A stretch of DNA of 64,000 nt, taken from positions 215,388,001 to 215,452,000 of the forward strand of contig OZ024742.1 of NCBI GenBank assembly GCA_964016885.1, read 5' to 3'. Source of the stretch: Eledone cirrhosa (Eukaryota). How positions within the stretch are numbered: position 1 is the stretch's first letter; the number at the start of each line of letters is the position of its first letter. The position numbers and the translations under genes are program-made. Of the stretch, positions 43,709 to 55,763 are shown in pieces. The notes under the pieces were generated by a model. It saw only the letters and a program-made list of their open reading frames with translations, did no database searches and was not told the DNA's origin.

Positions 43709-45087
43709 GATCAAAATAATCTGACTTTCCTGGCGATTTCAATCTAACAAAATATTTCTGCTCTTGCCGATGTAATTTCTTAATGAAATAAATATATATG
43801 TTCTCTACTAGCGTATTTAGTACTTTATGTAACTGGGAATTCTTCTTTATGCTCTTTGGCAACCATAAACAATTGTGTATATATATATATATATATATAT
43901 ATGTGCGCGTGCGTGTGTGTGTAATTTTGTTTGCGCATGTGTGTAAAATTAATTTAGTTTTATTTTTTCAGAGCACAAACATTCCTTGTGAATTAGCCGT
44001 ATAACATTTTCCATGAAACAGTAAAATGTTCGACACATGTTCATGTGGGAAACTATGCAAGCTCCTGCTGAGTGCTGGGCCCATTATAACCCAAAGCAAC
44101 CAAGACAAACGTTTACCGTTTAATTAGACGTTTAATACTTTAGTATTTACATTACTTTATATATACTATTATATTTTCACGGTAAAGGCTTTATTTCACA
44201 TAATTAACTCACATAATATTGAATCTATGAGACTTTGTTGTTGTTTATTTTGAGCACAATCCCTTAATGTCGGTATGAGTGGCCGGGTACGACCGGTTTG
44301 TTGAGGCAAGATGAGAGAATTCTGGCAGCTTATGGCCAGTTTGAATGTTAAAGAGTTAAACAAAATATATGTGACGAATGTGTATAAGTTTGATAATTTG
44401 AAATCTATTTGCTTTTCTTGTGGATACATGCCAAAAAAAGCTAATATATGTATTGTGGCAGATCTGCTTTTCTTATAAATACCTACACATTTCAAATTTT
44501 CTGAAGAAGAAGAAGAAGAAGAAGAAGAAGAAGAAGAAGAAGAAGAAGAAGAAGAAGAAGAAGAAGAAGAAGAAGAAGAAGAAGAAGAAGAAGAAGAAGA
44601 AGAAGAAGAAGAAGAAGACGGAGGAGGAGGGGGGTAAGAAAAAATAAAAAGAATATTAACTTGTGTGGCTAATATATATATCCCATTTCGAGATATATCC
44701 AAAAATAATAATGTGTGGTGATGACTTATTATGCTGAAATTGTGAGCGCTAATCTTCAGATAATCCTTATTGAATTCTATCAGTCACCATGCAACACAAT
44801 TGCTGCAGTGAAACCCGTAAATATTTAGGAAATCGCATTGTAGACTGTCTTGAAAACATCAGTTGAAACGCATTTACAGTTTATATATGATTCACGGTGG
44901 ACCAAAACATAATCGACTTCCCTCAGCAATTCATTAGAAATTTCGGGACCGGGCTGTCAATACATAAAACTTTCAAAGAGTTATACATTGCATGCTTTAT
45001 ATATTGGCTCCTATGCAAATGAAATGCCATATGATCAATACTATTTCACATGAATGTTGAACTTTAGAGATGCATATGAAAAAATAT

Positions 45088-46250
45088 ACATGAGGTTTGT
45101 CCCAAACGTAAATATACTTGTATTTTCTTTAAACGTATATTAGACGTGCATGAATTTACAAGATATCTCCTTCAGAAAACGAGCCCCGGAATTCACAGAG
45201 AATTTCCAACGATTTTTCTCCATTGATTGTAGAAGTTCCGAAAGTCATTTTCTATGACTTTCCTTAGACTGTCGGTTACAATTTTTTGTATGTTTTTCAC
45301 AGTCGAAAAAATGCTGACCCTTCAACCCATCTGGGTTGTAGGGAGGATGTGGAAGAGCGGGAATGTTTTTCTTAGCCAGGAATTTTCTAATTGAAATTAC
45401 TGTGTGAAGAGGGGTGTTATCTTGGTGCAATACCCAATCTCCTGCAATGTCCGGTTGAACTCGTAAGTTCATTTTTTGATATATTTGATCGTTCCGAGAC
45501 ATTTTTGTACAAGGTGCGATTAACTCTGTCGGTCCTAGATTTAAAGATTTTGGGTGATCAATACCAACATTATCGAAAAAAATGATAATCATTGTTTTGA
45601 TCTTGGATCTTCTACTGGATGCTTTTTTTTTCGACCAAAATAATTTTTCATGTGCTACTCCTCACTTTGACAATTTGTCGCTACATCGTACTCGAGCACC
45701 CTTAATTTATTAATTGTTATTACTTTAACCAAGAAATTTGGAGTCTGTCCAGCAAATTCTAATAAACTTCCAGGCGATTCGCTTTTAGCTCCACAGACAA
45801 GTGTTTTGGTACTATTTTTGTACAAATGATGTGGATGTGCAAATGGTCTGTTTAAATTCTGTGCACTATATTTTTATCTAAACCCGTTCCTTCTGCAGTC
45901 ATGTTAACACTTAATTCGCCATCAACACTCACAACTCTTCCATAATTTTTCATTCGTTGACGAGAATAGAATTCCAGATCGAGGTGCATTTTCAATATCT
46001 TCTCGGCCATCTGTGAGAGATTTGTGCCACTTACAAATGTTATTTCTCAATAGTGTGGTATTTCCAAATGATTGTGATGAAGTATTAAATGTTTCGGTGG
46101 CAGATATGTTGAGTTTCACACGAAATTTGTTCGCGTAATATTGTTCAATATATTCCTGCATCGAAAATATAATGGATGTTATAAACAAGTCTGTACATAA
46201 ACTGCAATAACTCGCGACTGTCTCAATCGATCATATTGAAATAAATATGT
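45088..46250 (-). mobile_element. Decayed mariner transposon
   Basis: N-terminal EQ...KF..KL..SATET...W.K....GRED.E..PRSG and C-terminal WVLHQDNTP.H...FL......LPHPPYNPD. TIRs not confidently located. Confidence 0.88.
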
Positions 46251-46394
46251 GCGTACAGCCAAAGTCGTAACCAATGCGCTTATATACATCAGCGGGGTGC
46301 GTCGTTATCTTGTACATAAGACAAACAGTACCCTTACATTTGAAACAAACGCACACACACACTCATATATATTCATATATATATATACATGCAT

Positions 46395-46517
46395 GCATGC
46401 ATGCATACATACATACATACATACATACATACATACATACATACATACATACATACATACATACATACATACATACATACATACATACATACATACATAC
46501 ATACATACATACATACA
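46395..46517. repeat. (ATAC)n microsatellite
   Basis: Directly visible. Confidence 0.97.
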
Positions 46518-47283
46518 CAGGTCATCAGGCAGTATAAAAAAAACCTTAAAAAAACGTCTTAAAAAATAAATTCTCCAAAACAATATTCTAGAAACTTACT
46601 CGAAATATTTTCCTCTTTTCGTGATATACGGGAGGGGTGAATTTGTTGATGTTATTTCTTCACCGGTCGGCCGCTGTATGACTTCTAGATTTATGACGGA
46701 AGTGCTCGTCAATTCCAGTTCTTCCTTTCTATTGCTGAATATTCCATGTACCTAGTCATCGTTGTAATATCAAATTCTGCAAGTCGTCCGTTCCCACTCC
46801 TCTCTTCCAAGTAGTGGTTGTTGTAGAAATGACAGCCATCCCCTCCCAAACCAATGGTTCCGTGATTTTGCAGCAACTGTTAATAAGCGATTGGAGTATT
46901 ATAACCGATAACATGAAGTAGACATATAATGCATAATTAAAAACAAATAATTATATTGAAAATAGATACCAGTAAAACTTTAAAATAAACCACACTATAT
47001 AATGTAGTAGTTATATAATTATTGTGTAACTGGTTTAAAGTTGCTGGAAGTGTCAGAACCCTATCTTCACTAGTTTAACTTTTAACCATAGTTAAGGTGT
47101 CCAATAGATGTCCAATACGTGTCCAGGAGACTTATGCACTCGATGAGCGGGATGCCAAAGTGAAAGCTGACGATATGTAAGGAATGACCGTAAAGGAGGT
47201 TGGGAAGTAGCTTGTATTATACCGCCGTGAAGCCGATCGAGCTCTCATGGCCAACATGTCTAACCAGTAAGAAGTGATTAGGT

Positions 47284-47552
47284 GGTTCTGTAAACAATCA
47301 AAGGCTGACTCAAGGTAACCTAAAGTAAATACCCAAATGAGACACGTGAATATGTACTAGAGATTAGTAAATGAATTGGTTCTGTAAACAATTGAATAGT
47401 ATAGGCTGACTCAAGGTAACTTAAAGTAAATATCTGAATGAGACACATGAATATGATTTAACGATTAGTCAAATCCCAGTAAATGAATTAGTTCTGTAAA
47501 CAATTAAATAGTGTAGGCTGACTCAAGGTAACTAAAAGTAAATATCAGAATG
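47284..47552. repeat. Three imperfect tandem repeats of ~95-112 bp
   Basis: gttctgtaaacaat...aggctgactcaaggtaac.taaagtaaata near 47285, 47380 and 47491. Confidence 0.85.
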
Positions 47553-48341
47553 GGTAGGAATTATATATATTAAGCTGTAGTAAATTATGGGATGGTTGCA
47601 GACACACAGTATCATAAAAGAAACAGGAAGGTATAAAATGCAACAATATACGGGATAAAAATATGGAAAACAGAAGAAAATGAAAAGTATAAATAATATA
47701 ATAAAGACAATGAAATAGATACAAGGAAATACCATAAAATAGCCTGGGACACGTACAGTGGTAAATTAACATTGGTACAATTGTGTCTAAACATATAATA
47801 TATGGATTGGAAAAATAGATAAGAAAAAATATGGAAAATAAGGTTAAAAAATGGATAGGGATAGAGTTCATAGTGTTCGTAGAGAGACTTTTATTTGTTA
47901 ACTAGTTAGTGCGCAACAGGGAAGAGGTGAGAGCTTCTCTCCCACAAGTGTTCTTATTCCTATGGATAGCCGCGGGTCAAAAGCTGTAAAGTGTTGTCCG
48001 TGGTCAAGGGATGTTGTTATCTTCCGTGTTCTCCCTTCCTGGAGGGATAAGCTTTAGGAAATCAAATTGAAGTGGATGCTTAAGTCCAGTCTGTTACTTC
48101 GTGCTGTGTGATGCGGACCGAGCAGATGAAGCTATCACTTATTTATTGCGGCAGATAACACTCAACTGTAAAGAAAACTTTCATTATTAGAATATAGGGC
48201 TTAAGGCCCAGGAATGTGTAGAGCACATTATTATAGGTCTGCTGTAATTCTGTATAAAGAGCTCAGGCGATCAGTATTGGTAGTCGTCAGCATCATATGT
48301 ATCACGGAGAATATATATATATATATACTGAGAGAGTGAGA

Positions 48342-48490
<149 letters not shown>

Positions 48491-48696
48491 AATATGTATA
48501 AAGCGAATCTGTCGGTCAAAATCTGAATGATCTTTCCATATATATCAGCAGAACAGAAATTCTATTTTTCAAAAAAGTGACAGTAAATTGGCTGTGAGGC
48601 CCATTTTAACCGAATATTCCGAGGTTTGCCATCCTCTTATAGCAAATAATACACACATGCATGCACAAACATACAAACACACAAATACACACACAG

Positions 48697-48760
<64 letters not shown>

Positions 48761-49350
48761 TTACTCATTGATGTTTATGTATATCTAGATTCCAGTGCTT
48801 ATTGTTTGCCTTGTAATCATTTTCTGTGTTCATTTCCTTGGTCTAGAGTTTATAATAGTCAATGTCAATATGCAAATATTTATCAACCTCGAGCTTATTA
48901 AAAACACAACGGTTCCAAACGTTTTCATAATATATTTATGATTATTATTTTTTATTTATTCTTTTCTTTGTTTAATAACGATATTTTATATTTTATTTAT
49001 TTCGTTATATATTTCTTTATTTCTCTTAAAAATAATAGGGGAAAAAACTAAGCATAGTAAAAGAGAAGTTACGCATTATATCTTTATTAGGAAGAATGTA
49101 ATATTGTTATACGTAGAAGTGACGTAAATTTACTTGTTATTTTGTTTCCATTCGTATTTTTCGTTTTCCTGTTTTTATTGTGTTTGTATTTCACTTTGTT
49201 TTTTCTTTGTAAGTGTAACATATGTTAATAGAGTTAGTTTTGTTTTATTCCCATGACGGCCAGCTATTTGTTTATCGAAGAAACTATAAAACCTACACGC
49301 GCGCGCCCACACGCACACGCACACACACATACACACACATCACACACACT

Positions 49351-49381
<31 letters not shown>

Positions 49382-49494
49382 GCACACATACAGTGAGTAT
49401 GAAATACAATCATCCGATTAACATACACACACGCACATATTCACACACACACACACATGTACACACACGCATATATATATTTATATATATATAT

Positions 49495-49830
49495 CGTTTC
49501 TGAATTTGTTTAGCAAAATTATTTATCTGAAAACATGTGTTGAAATCGATATTGTTATAGTTTGGGAGGGTCATGTTGACAATAAGAAACACACGCACCA
49601 AGTGTTATACTCCAATTTATTATACATTAAATTTATAAATTTAAGAAATTTGTAAATTTCCGGTTGGTTGGTTGGTTCCACAACTAGACGGTTGTTCATA
49701 TATTGTCAAAGTTGTTTCGTCACACATTCTGTGACGTCTTCAGTGACTGGAGATCTCTTCTTTGTTTTGTGCCTCTCCTTTGTTCTGTCCTACGCCATCT
49801 TGCTTTTGTGAACACACACAAAAACAAGAT
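49495..49830 (-). mobile_element. HHR-containing pseudo-LTR-like element (HHR 49705-49747)
   Basis: gtca-CTGAAGA-c gtcaca gaatg tgtgac-GAAA caac TT^-tgac, with a helix III mismatch. Homologue at 54305-54675. Confidence 0.75.
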
Positions 49831-49874
49831 GGCATAGTATATATCTTATCAAATGATTCTATGGACATACTTTA

Positions 49875-49934
<60 letters not shown>

Positions 49935-50068
49935 GTGAGGTTTTTTTTTTTACAAAATGAAAAATAACCAAGGTGTCCTACACGAGTGGAAGTATAAAGA
50001 AAAAGGGATGAAATCGAAAATGCAACTGAAGTCTTATTTTTTTTTTAAATCTATATATTTATTTGGTT

Positions 50069-50106
50069 CCTTTACCGGTTTCGCAGTTCTTCTGCTTTTC
50101 AAAAGG
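50069..50106 (-). ncRNA. Minimal type I hammerhead, U3-A8 core variant
   Basis: cctt-TTGAAAA-gcag aagaa ctgc-GAAAC cg GTA^-aagg with palindromic ACCGGT. Second copy at 54736-54770(+). Confidence 0.8.
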
Positions 50107-50134
50107 TGAGTTGAGATGGAGGGTCTGTGGTTTT

Positions 50135-50176
<42 letters not shown>

Positions 50177-50445
50177 GTTTCAGTGTGTTGTGAGAATATA
50201 TCACATTGCTTAGTCTACATCTTGTGTTTTAGTTTGTTTCACTTGAAGGAAAATTATGGCAGTTACTATAAGTTGCATTACTAATGCCGACTAAATTTTT
50301 CCCTGAATTTATTCGTAGAGCGTGAATTGGGGTGTAAACAGCACAATCTTACGAAACAAGAATTTAAGAAATAAACACACAAACACTCTCAATCAGACAC
50401 ACACACTCACACAGACACACGCACACACACACACACTCACACATA

Positions 50446-50499
<54 letters not shown>

Positions 50500-50980
50500 C
50501 ATGGAAAGTTATATTTAAAATTGTTGGGTTACAACTAGTAAATATTTATAACTGATATAAAAGCACTCGACAAATATTTGGAGTATATTTACAATGTTAA
50601 ATAAATGGAAACTATATTTATAAAACCATATTTATTTCATTATATATATTTCGGGGATATCATATTAACAATATGCTATGCCTTCCTCAGACAAAATACA
50701 ATATAAACAGTTTTATAGATAAATAGATTCGACATACCGTTATAACACCGACTTGCATTTGAAGAGGTTAAGCTGGCAGAAGAGGTTAAACTGCCAGCTT
50801 AACCTCTTCAAATGCAAGTCGGTGTTATAACGGTATGTCGAATCTATTTATCTATAAAACTGTTTATATTGTATTTTGTCTGAGGAAGGCATAGCATATT
50901 GTTAATATGATATCCCCGAAATATATATAATGAAATAAATATGGTTTTATAAATATAGTTTCCATTTATTTAACATTGTA
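50500..50980. mobile_element. Fold-back element with two hammerheads (50633-50698 -, 50872-50937 +)
   Basis: ~190 bp inverted arms centred near 50785. tattttgt-CTGAGGA-...-GAAA tatata TA^-atgaaata. (TA)n flanks. Confidence 0.88.
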
Positions 50981-50992
50981 TATATATATATA

Positions 50993-52772
50993 TTGGAATA
51001 AATGCTCTGAAATAGCGATATATATGTGAATATAGACATAGAATATTCGAAAATATTCTGTATGTTTATAATAAACATTTTGAAGACCTAATCGCTATAG
51101 AATAGAATACGTCACGTATTACAATTAGATTCTCGATAAAAGCAAGGGAAGTAATCTACGCGTTTCATTCTTGTTAGAAATCATCAGGACCACATATCCA
51201 GTGCTTTTATCGAGAATGACACAGCTAGAGACTTATAGAATACTTAGCTGTGTACAGGAACTGGTTTGACGTGACGTATTCTATTCTATAGCGATTAGGT
51301 CTTCAAAATGTTTATTATAAACATACAGAATATTTTCGAATATTCTATGTCTATATTCACATATATATCGCTATTTCAGAGCATTTATTCCAATTTCTAA
51401 TTTCTGCCGGACCGGCAACCGCTCTTTCAAACCAGTTCCTGTACACAGCTAAGTATTCTATAAGTCTCTAGCTGTGTCATTCTCGATAAAAGCACTGGAT
51501 ATGTGGTCCTGATGATTTCTAACAAGAATGAAACGCGTAGATTACTTCCCTTGCTTTTATCGAGAATCTAATTGTAATACGTGACGTATTCTATTCTATA
51601 GCGATTAGGTCTTCAAAATGTTTATTATAAACATACAGAATATTTTCGAATATTCTATGTCTATATTCACATATATATCGCTATTTCAGAGTATTAACAA
51701 GAATGAAACGCGTAGATTACTTCCCTTGCTTTTATCGAGAATCTAATTGTAATACGTGACGTATTCTATTCTATAGCGATTAGGTCTTCAAAATGTTTAT
51801 TATAAACATACAGAATATTTTCGAATATTCTATGTCTATATTCACATATATATCGCTATTTCAGAGCATTTATTCCAATTTCTAATTTCTGCCGGACCGG
51901 CAACCGCTCTTTCAAACCAGTTCCTGTACACAGCTAAGTATTCTATAAGTCTCTAGCTGTGTCATTCTCGATAAAAGCACTGGATATGTGGTCCTGATGA
52001 TTTCTAACAAGAATGAAACGCGTAGATTACTTCCCTTGCTTTTATCGAGAATCTAATTGTAATACGTGACGTATTCTATTCTATAGCGATTAGGTCTTCA
52101 AAATGTTTATTATAAACATACAGAATATTTTCGAATATTCTATGTCTATATTCACATATATATCGCTATTTCAGAGCATTTATTCCAATTTCTAATTTCT
52201 GCCGGACCGGCAACCGCTCTTTCAAACCAGTTCCTGTACACAGCTAAGTATTCTATAAGTCTCTAGCTGTGTCATTCTCGATAAAAGCACTGGATATGTG
52301 GTCCTGATGATTTCTAACAAGAATGAAACGCGTAGATTACTTCCCTTGCTTTTATCGAGAATCTAATTGTAATACGTGACGTATTCTATTCTATAGCGAT
52401 TAGGTCTTCAAAATGTTTATTATAAACATACAGAATATTTTCGAATATTCTATGTCTATATTCACATATATATCGCTATTTCAGAGCATTTATTCCAATT
52501 TCTAATTTCTGCCGGACCGGCAACCGCTCTTTCAAACCAGTTCCTGTACACAGCTAAGTATTCTATAAGTCTCTAGCTGTGTCATTCTCGATAAAAGCAC
52601 TGGATATGTGGTCCTGATGATTTCTAACAAGAATGAAACGCGTAGATTACTTCCCTTGCTTTTATCGAGAATCTAATTGTAATACGTGACGTATTCTATT
52701 CTATAGCGATTAGGTCTTCAAAATGTTTATTATAAACATACAGAATATTTTCGAATATTCTATGTCTATATT

Positions 52773-52775
<3 letters not shown>
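50993..52775. mobile_element. Second tandem array of the HHR monomer (310 bp variant): ~0.9 unit on -, then ~5 units on + including one internally deleted unit
   Basis: Period 310 (tttctgccgg at 51886, 52196, 52506). Strand switch near 51269. HHR cores at 51181(-) and 51509, 51994, 52304, 52614(+). (TA)n flanks. Confidence 0.93.
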
Positions 52776-52828
<53 letters not shown>

Positions 52829-52831
<3 letters not shown>

Positions 52832-53270
52832 GTTTTTATATGTATAATAAAGCCAAAACAATGCAGGTATGGACATAGAATAAAGAATGCAAATGCAAAA
52901 GATATTGTTAACAATTAGTCTTTTACCTTAGATTTATTTAAATGTCCTTAATGTTCGAGATATCTCTTCTTCGGAGGGAAGTAAAGCGGTTAAACCAGTG
53001 TTCTAAATAGCTTGCCAACTCATGCTGACAGGAAATTGTATAGAGTACCATTCTATCTCTAATATCAAAGAGTTAAGGTTAGGTGGATAAAGAATAGTCT
53101 CCCTTTAAAAGGGTTTTTCTTTTTTTTTGTACATGCCTGTTTAAGTGTGTAGGAGAATGCGTGAAGGAGAAAGTATGTGTGTGTGTGTGAGAGAGAATAA
53201 GTGGAGATGTAAGCGTGTGTGTGTGTGTATGTGTGTATGTGTGAGAGAGAGAATAAGTGGAGGTGTAAGC

Positions 53271-53303
<33 letters not shown>

Positions 53304-54215
53304 TGTGTGCGTACGTGTGTGTGGGCGTGTGTGTGGGAGGGGGTTCAAATATGGGGCTAGATTCTCTATCAAGTTATAAATTGGGTATTGAGTTCTAGTC
53401 TATTATTGATTGGTGGTTGTGTTTTGTCTATAATTAGTGCTTCCTTAATTCTAAGATTGCCGTGGTTTCTTTCCTTAGTTTCTATCCTAACTATTATGGT
53501 TTTTTCGGTGTTTTTGCATTTAACTAGGTCTTTCTTAAATGAGGAGCGTTAGTATTGAGGTGTTCTTTTATTCTTATGTGGAGTGGTCTGGTGGTGCTAC
53601 CTACGTAGAAGTTGCTGCATTTGTCGCACTCTAGTCTGTATAGGACGTATGCCTGATAGCATAGGTCTGTGTCGTTGAGGGGCAGTTGGCTAGCCTGCAG
53701 CGGTTGTCATGTCTGGTGGAGTGTCTTTTGGTTAGCTGTCCGCGTAGAGAAGGACCTGAGTGGGCTAGTTGGATATCTAGTCCCTCTCGTCTGATAACTT
53801 TGCGGATGGCTGTTGTTGTTTCGTCACTGAAGTGTGGGAGCTTCAGGAAGCAAGTGTTAGCGCCTCGGGTGTGGTGTCCTCTGTTCTTTCTGGCACGGTT
53901 TGTGGTGGATGTCGTGTATCCGTTCAGTTTGAGTACTTCCAGGAAATATGTGGTGTGTTTGTCTCGGTCTCTAGCGTCGGTGCATTTGTTCCGGATACGT
54001 GTTAGGTCGTTCCTTATGTATCCGAACTTAGCGCCGGCTGGGAGGCCCGATCTGAAATGTACGAACAGGTCCCTGCTGGCGGCTTTTTTATAGAAGCAGG
54101 TGTGGATGTTGCCTTCCTCTGTTACCCTGAGCTGGAAGTCCAGTAGGGATAGGGATCCGCGGTCATCTGGGTGTTCCATGCTGAACTTTATACTGGCGTC
54201 CATGCTGGAGAATGT
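52829..54215 (-). mobile_element. 5'-truncated Penelope-like element (non-Naiad clade): RT thumb + GIY-YIG + 3' UTR
   Basis: IKFSMEHP...SLSLLDF...FYKK...FVHFRS (ORF 53631-54203), then after a frameshift VLYRLECDKCSNFYVGSTTRPLHIRIKEH and LRIKEALII. Ends at (TA)n. Confidence 0.9.
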
Positions 54216-54276
54216 TGTGTATATTTTAAAATATACACAACATTCTCAACATGTGAACTATAACTTCCCCCATATA

Positions 54277-54304
<28 letters not shown>

Positions 54305-54311
<7 letters not shown>

Positions 54312-54675
54312 ATACTTTGGGAGGGTCATGTTGCCAATAAGGAACACATGCACCAGTTGCTTTTATTTCAATTTATTATAATAAATTTATAAATTTAGGA
54401 ATTTATAAATTTCTGGTTGGTTGGATGGTTCCACAACGAGATGGTTGTTTATATATTGTCAAAGTTCTTTCATCACACATTCTGTGACCTCTTCAGTGAC
54501 TGGGGATACCTTTCTTTGTTTTTGTGCCTCGCCTTTGTTCTGTCCTACGCCATCTTGTTTCTCATTGGCAACATGTGTGTTCCTTATTGGCAACATGACC
54601 CTCCCAAACTATAACAATATCGGTTTCAACACACGTTTTCAGATAAAGAATCTTGCTAAACAAATTCAGAAACGA
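54305..54675 (-). mobile_element. HHR-containing pseudo-LTR-like element with inverted end (HHR 54458-54500)
   Basis: gtca-CTGAAGA-g gtcaca gaatg tgtgat-GAAAG aa CTT^-tgac. ~54572-54675 is an inverted copy of the family 3' end (compare 49495-49600). Confidence 0.82.
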
Positions 54676-54676
54676 A

Positions 54677-54703
<27 letters not shown>

Positions 54704-54708
<5 letters not shown>

Positions 54709-54846
54709 AACCACAGACCCTCCATCTCAACTCTACTTTTGAAAAGCAGGAGAACTGCGAAACCGGTAAGCGAAGCAAATAAATATATATATATTTTTTT
54801 TTAAATAAGACTCCAGTTGCATTTTCGATTTCATCTTTTTTTCTTC

Positions 54847-54847
<1 letters not shown>
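54704..54847 (+). mobile_element. Mini element carrying the U3-A8 HHR
   Basis: Reverse-complement homologue of ~49990-50140, between (TA)n tracts. Confidence 0.8.
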
Positions 54848-54904
<57 letters not shown>

Positions 54905-54906
<2 letters not shown>

Positions 54907-55667
54907 CTATATTTGATTTGCACAGCTGTCTAAACGTATTGTTATTACTCTGGGGTACTAATCCCTATCGAGTGCTAAAGCTACATTCCGAATTTGCATT
55001 CGTCAGCTTGGCCGCAACCTAAAGCTTTGTTAATGCTGTACTAAAATTTGTATTTTAACTCCTAGAATTAACGATTAACTGATTAATTTAATTAGACAAT
55101 TCTATTGATTGATTTATTGTTTATGCTTGTTTGATAACTTCTGGTTGAGTGCTTAATTCGGTTTGTCTAAGGGAATTTCATTCCTTTGTCTCACATTTCG
55201 AATTCACCGCCAAAACGGGGGTTACCTCCCTTTGAGAAAACCACGTGTCTATAGCGAAATTTACTGCTAGAACACACCCGCAGAGGCTAAAGAACGCAAG
55301 ACTTGTTGAAGAAGTAAATCCTTTGTTCCGTCGTCAAAGACCATTAACTTGCAGACCCCTGCCAGCGGAATTAGTCGACCTCGGATTTACAGTAACCTAG
55401 CGTGGATGTTGTGTGTTGTATGTGATGTATATCGTTTGCTATACGATATGCATTATATATTGCATTCGGTCTCCGCGCTTGGTCCAGGTTAGTCTAAAAT
55501 CTTTTCCTTAGTCCAAACATTTTCGTCGCTATATTTGATTTACAAAGTTGTCTAAACGTATTGTTATTACTCTGGGGTACTATTCCCTATCGAGGGCTAA
55601 AGCTACATTCCGAATTTGCATTCGTTAGCTTGGCCGCAACCTAAAGCTTCGTTAATGCTGAACTAAA

Positions 55668-55669
<2 letters not shown>
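54905..55669 (+). mobile_element. 621 bp unit with 144 bp direct terminal repeats between (TA)n tracts
   Basis: 54905-55048 matches 55526-55669. No ORF. Confidence 0.8.

Positions 55670-55763
<94 letters not shown>

Noticed and set aside
40777-44702. Matching 101 aa and 168 aa ORFs
   Set aside because: By-product of the inverted duplication and (TTC)n, with no protein motif.
46520-46531. tcatcag (CTGATGA on -)
   Set aside because: Runs straight into (ATAC)n with no remaining ribozyme elements.
52946-52977. Hammerhead at the 3' end of the minus-strand PLE
   Set aside because: Position fits, but the core reads CCGAAGA/GAAC with a 3 bp stem I. Too degenerate to call.
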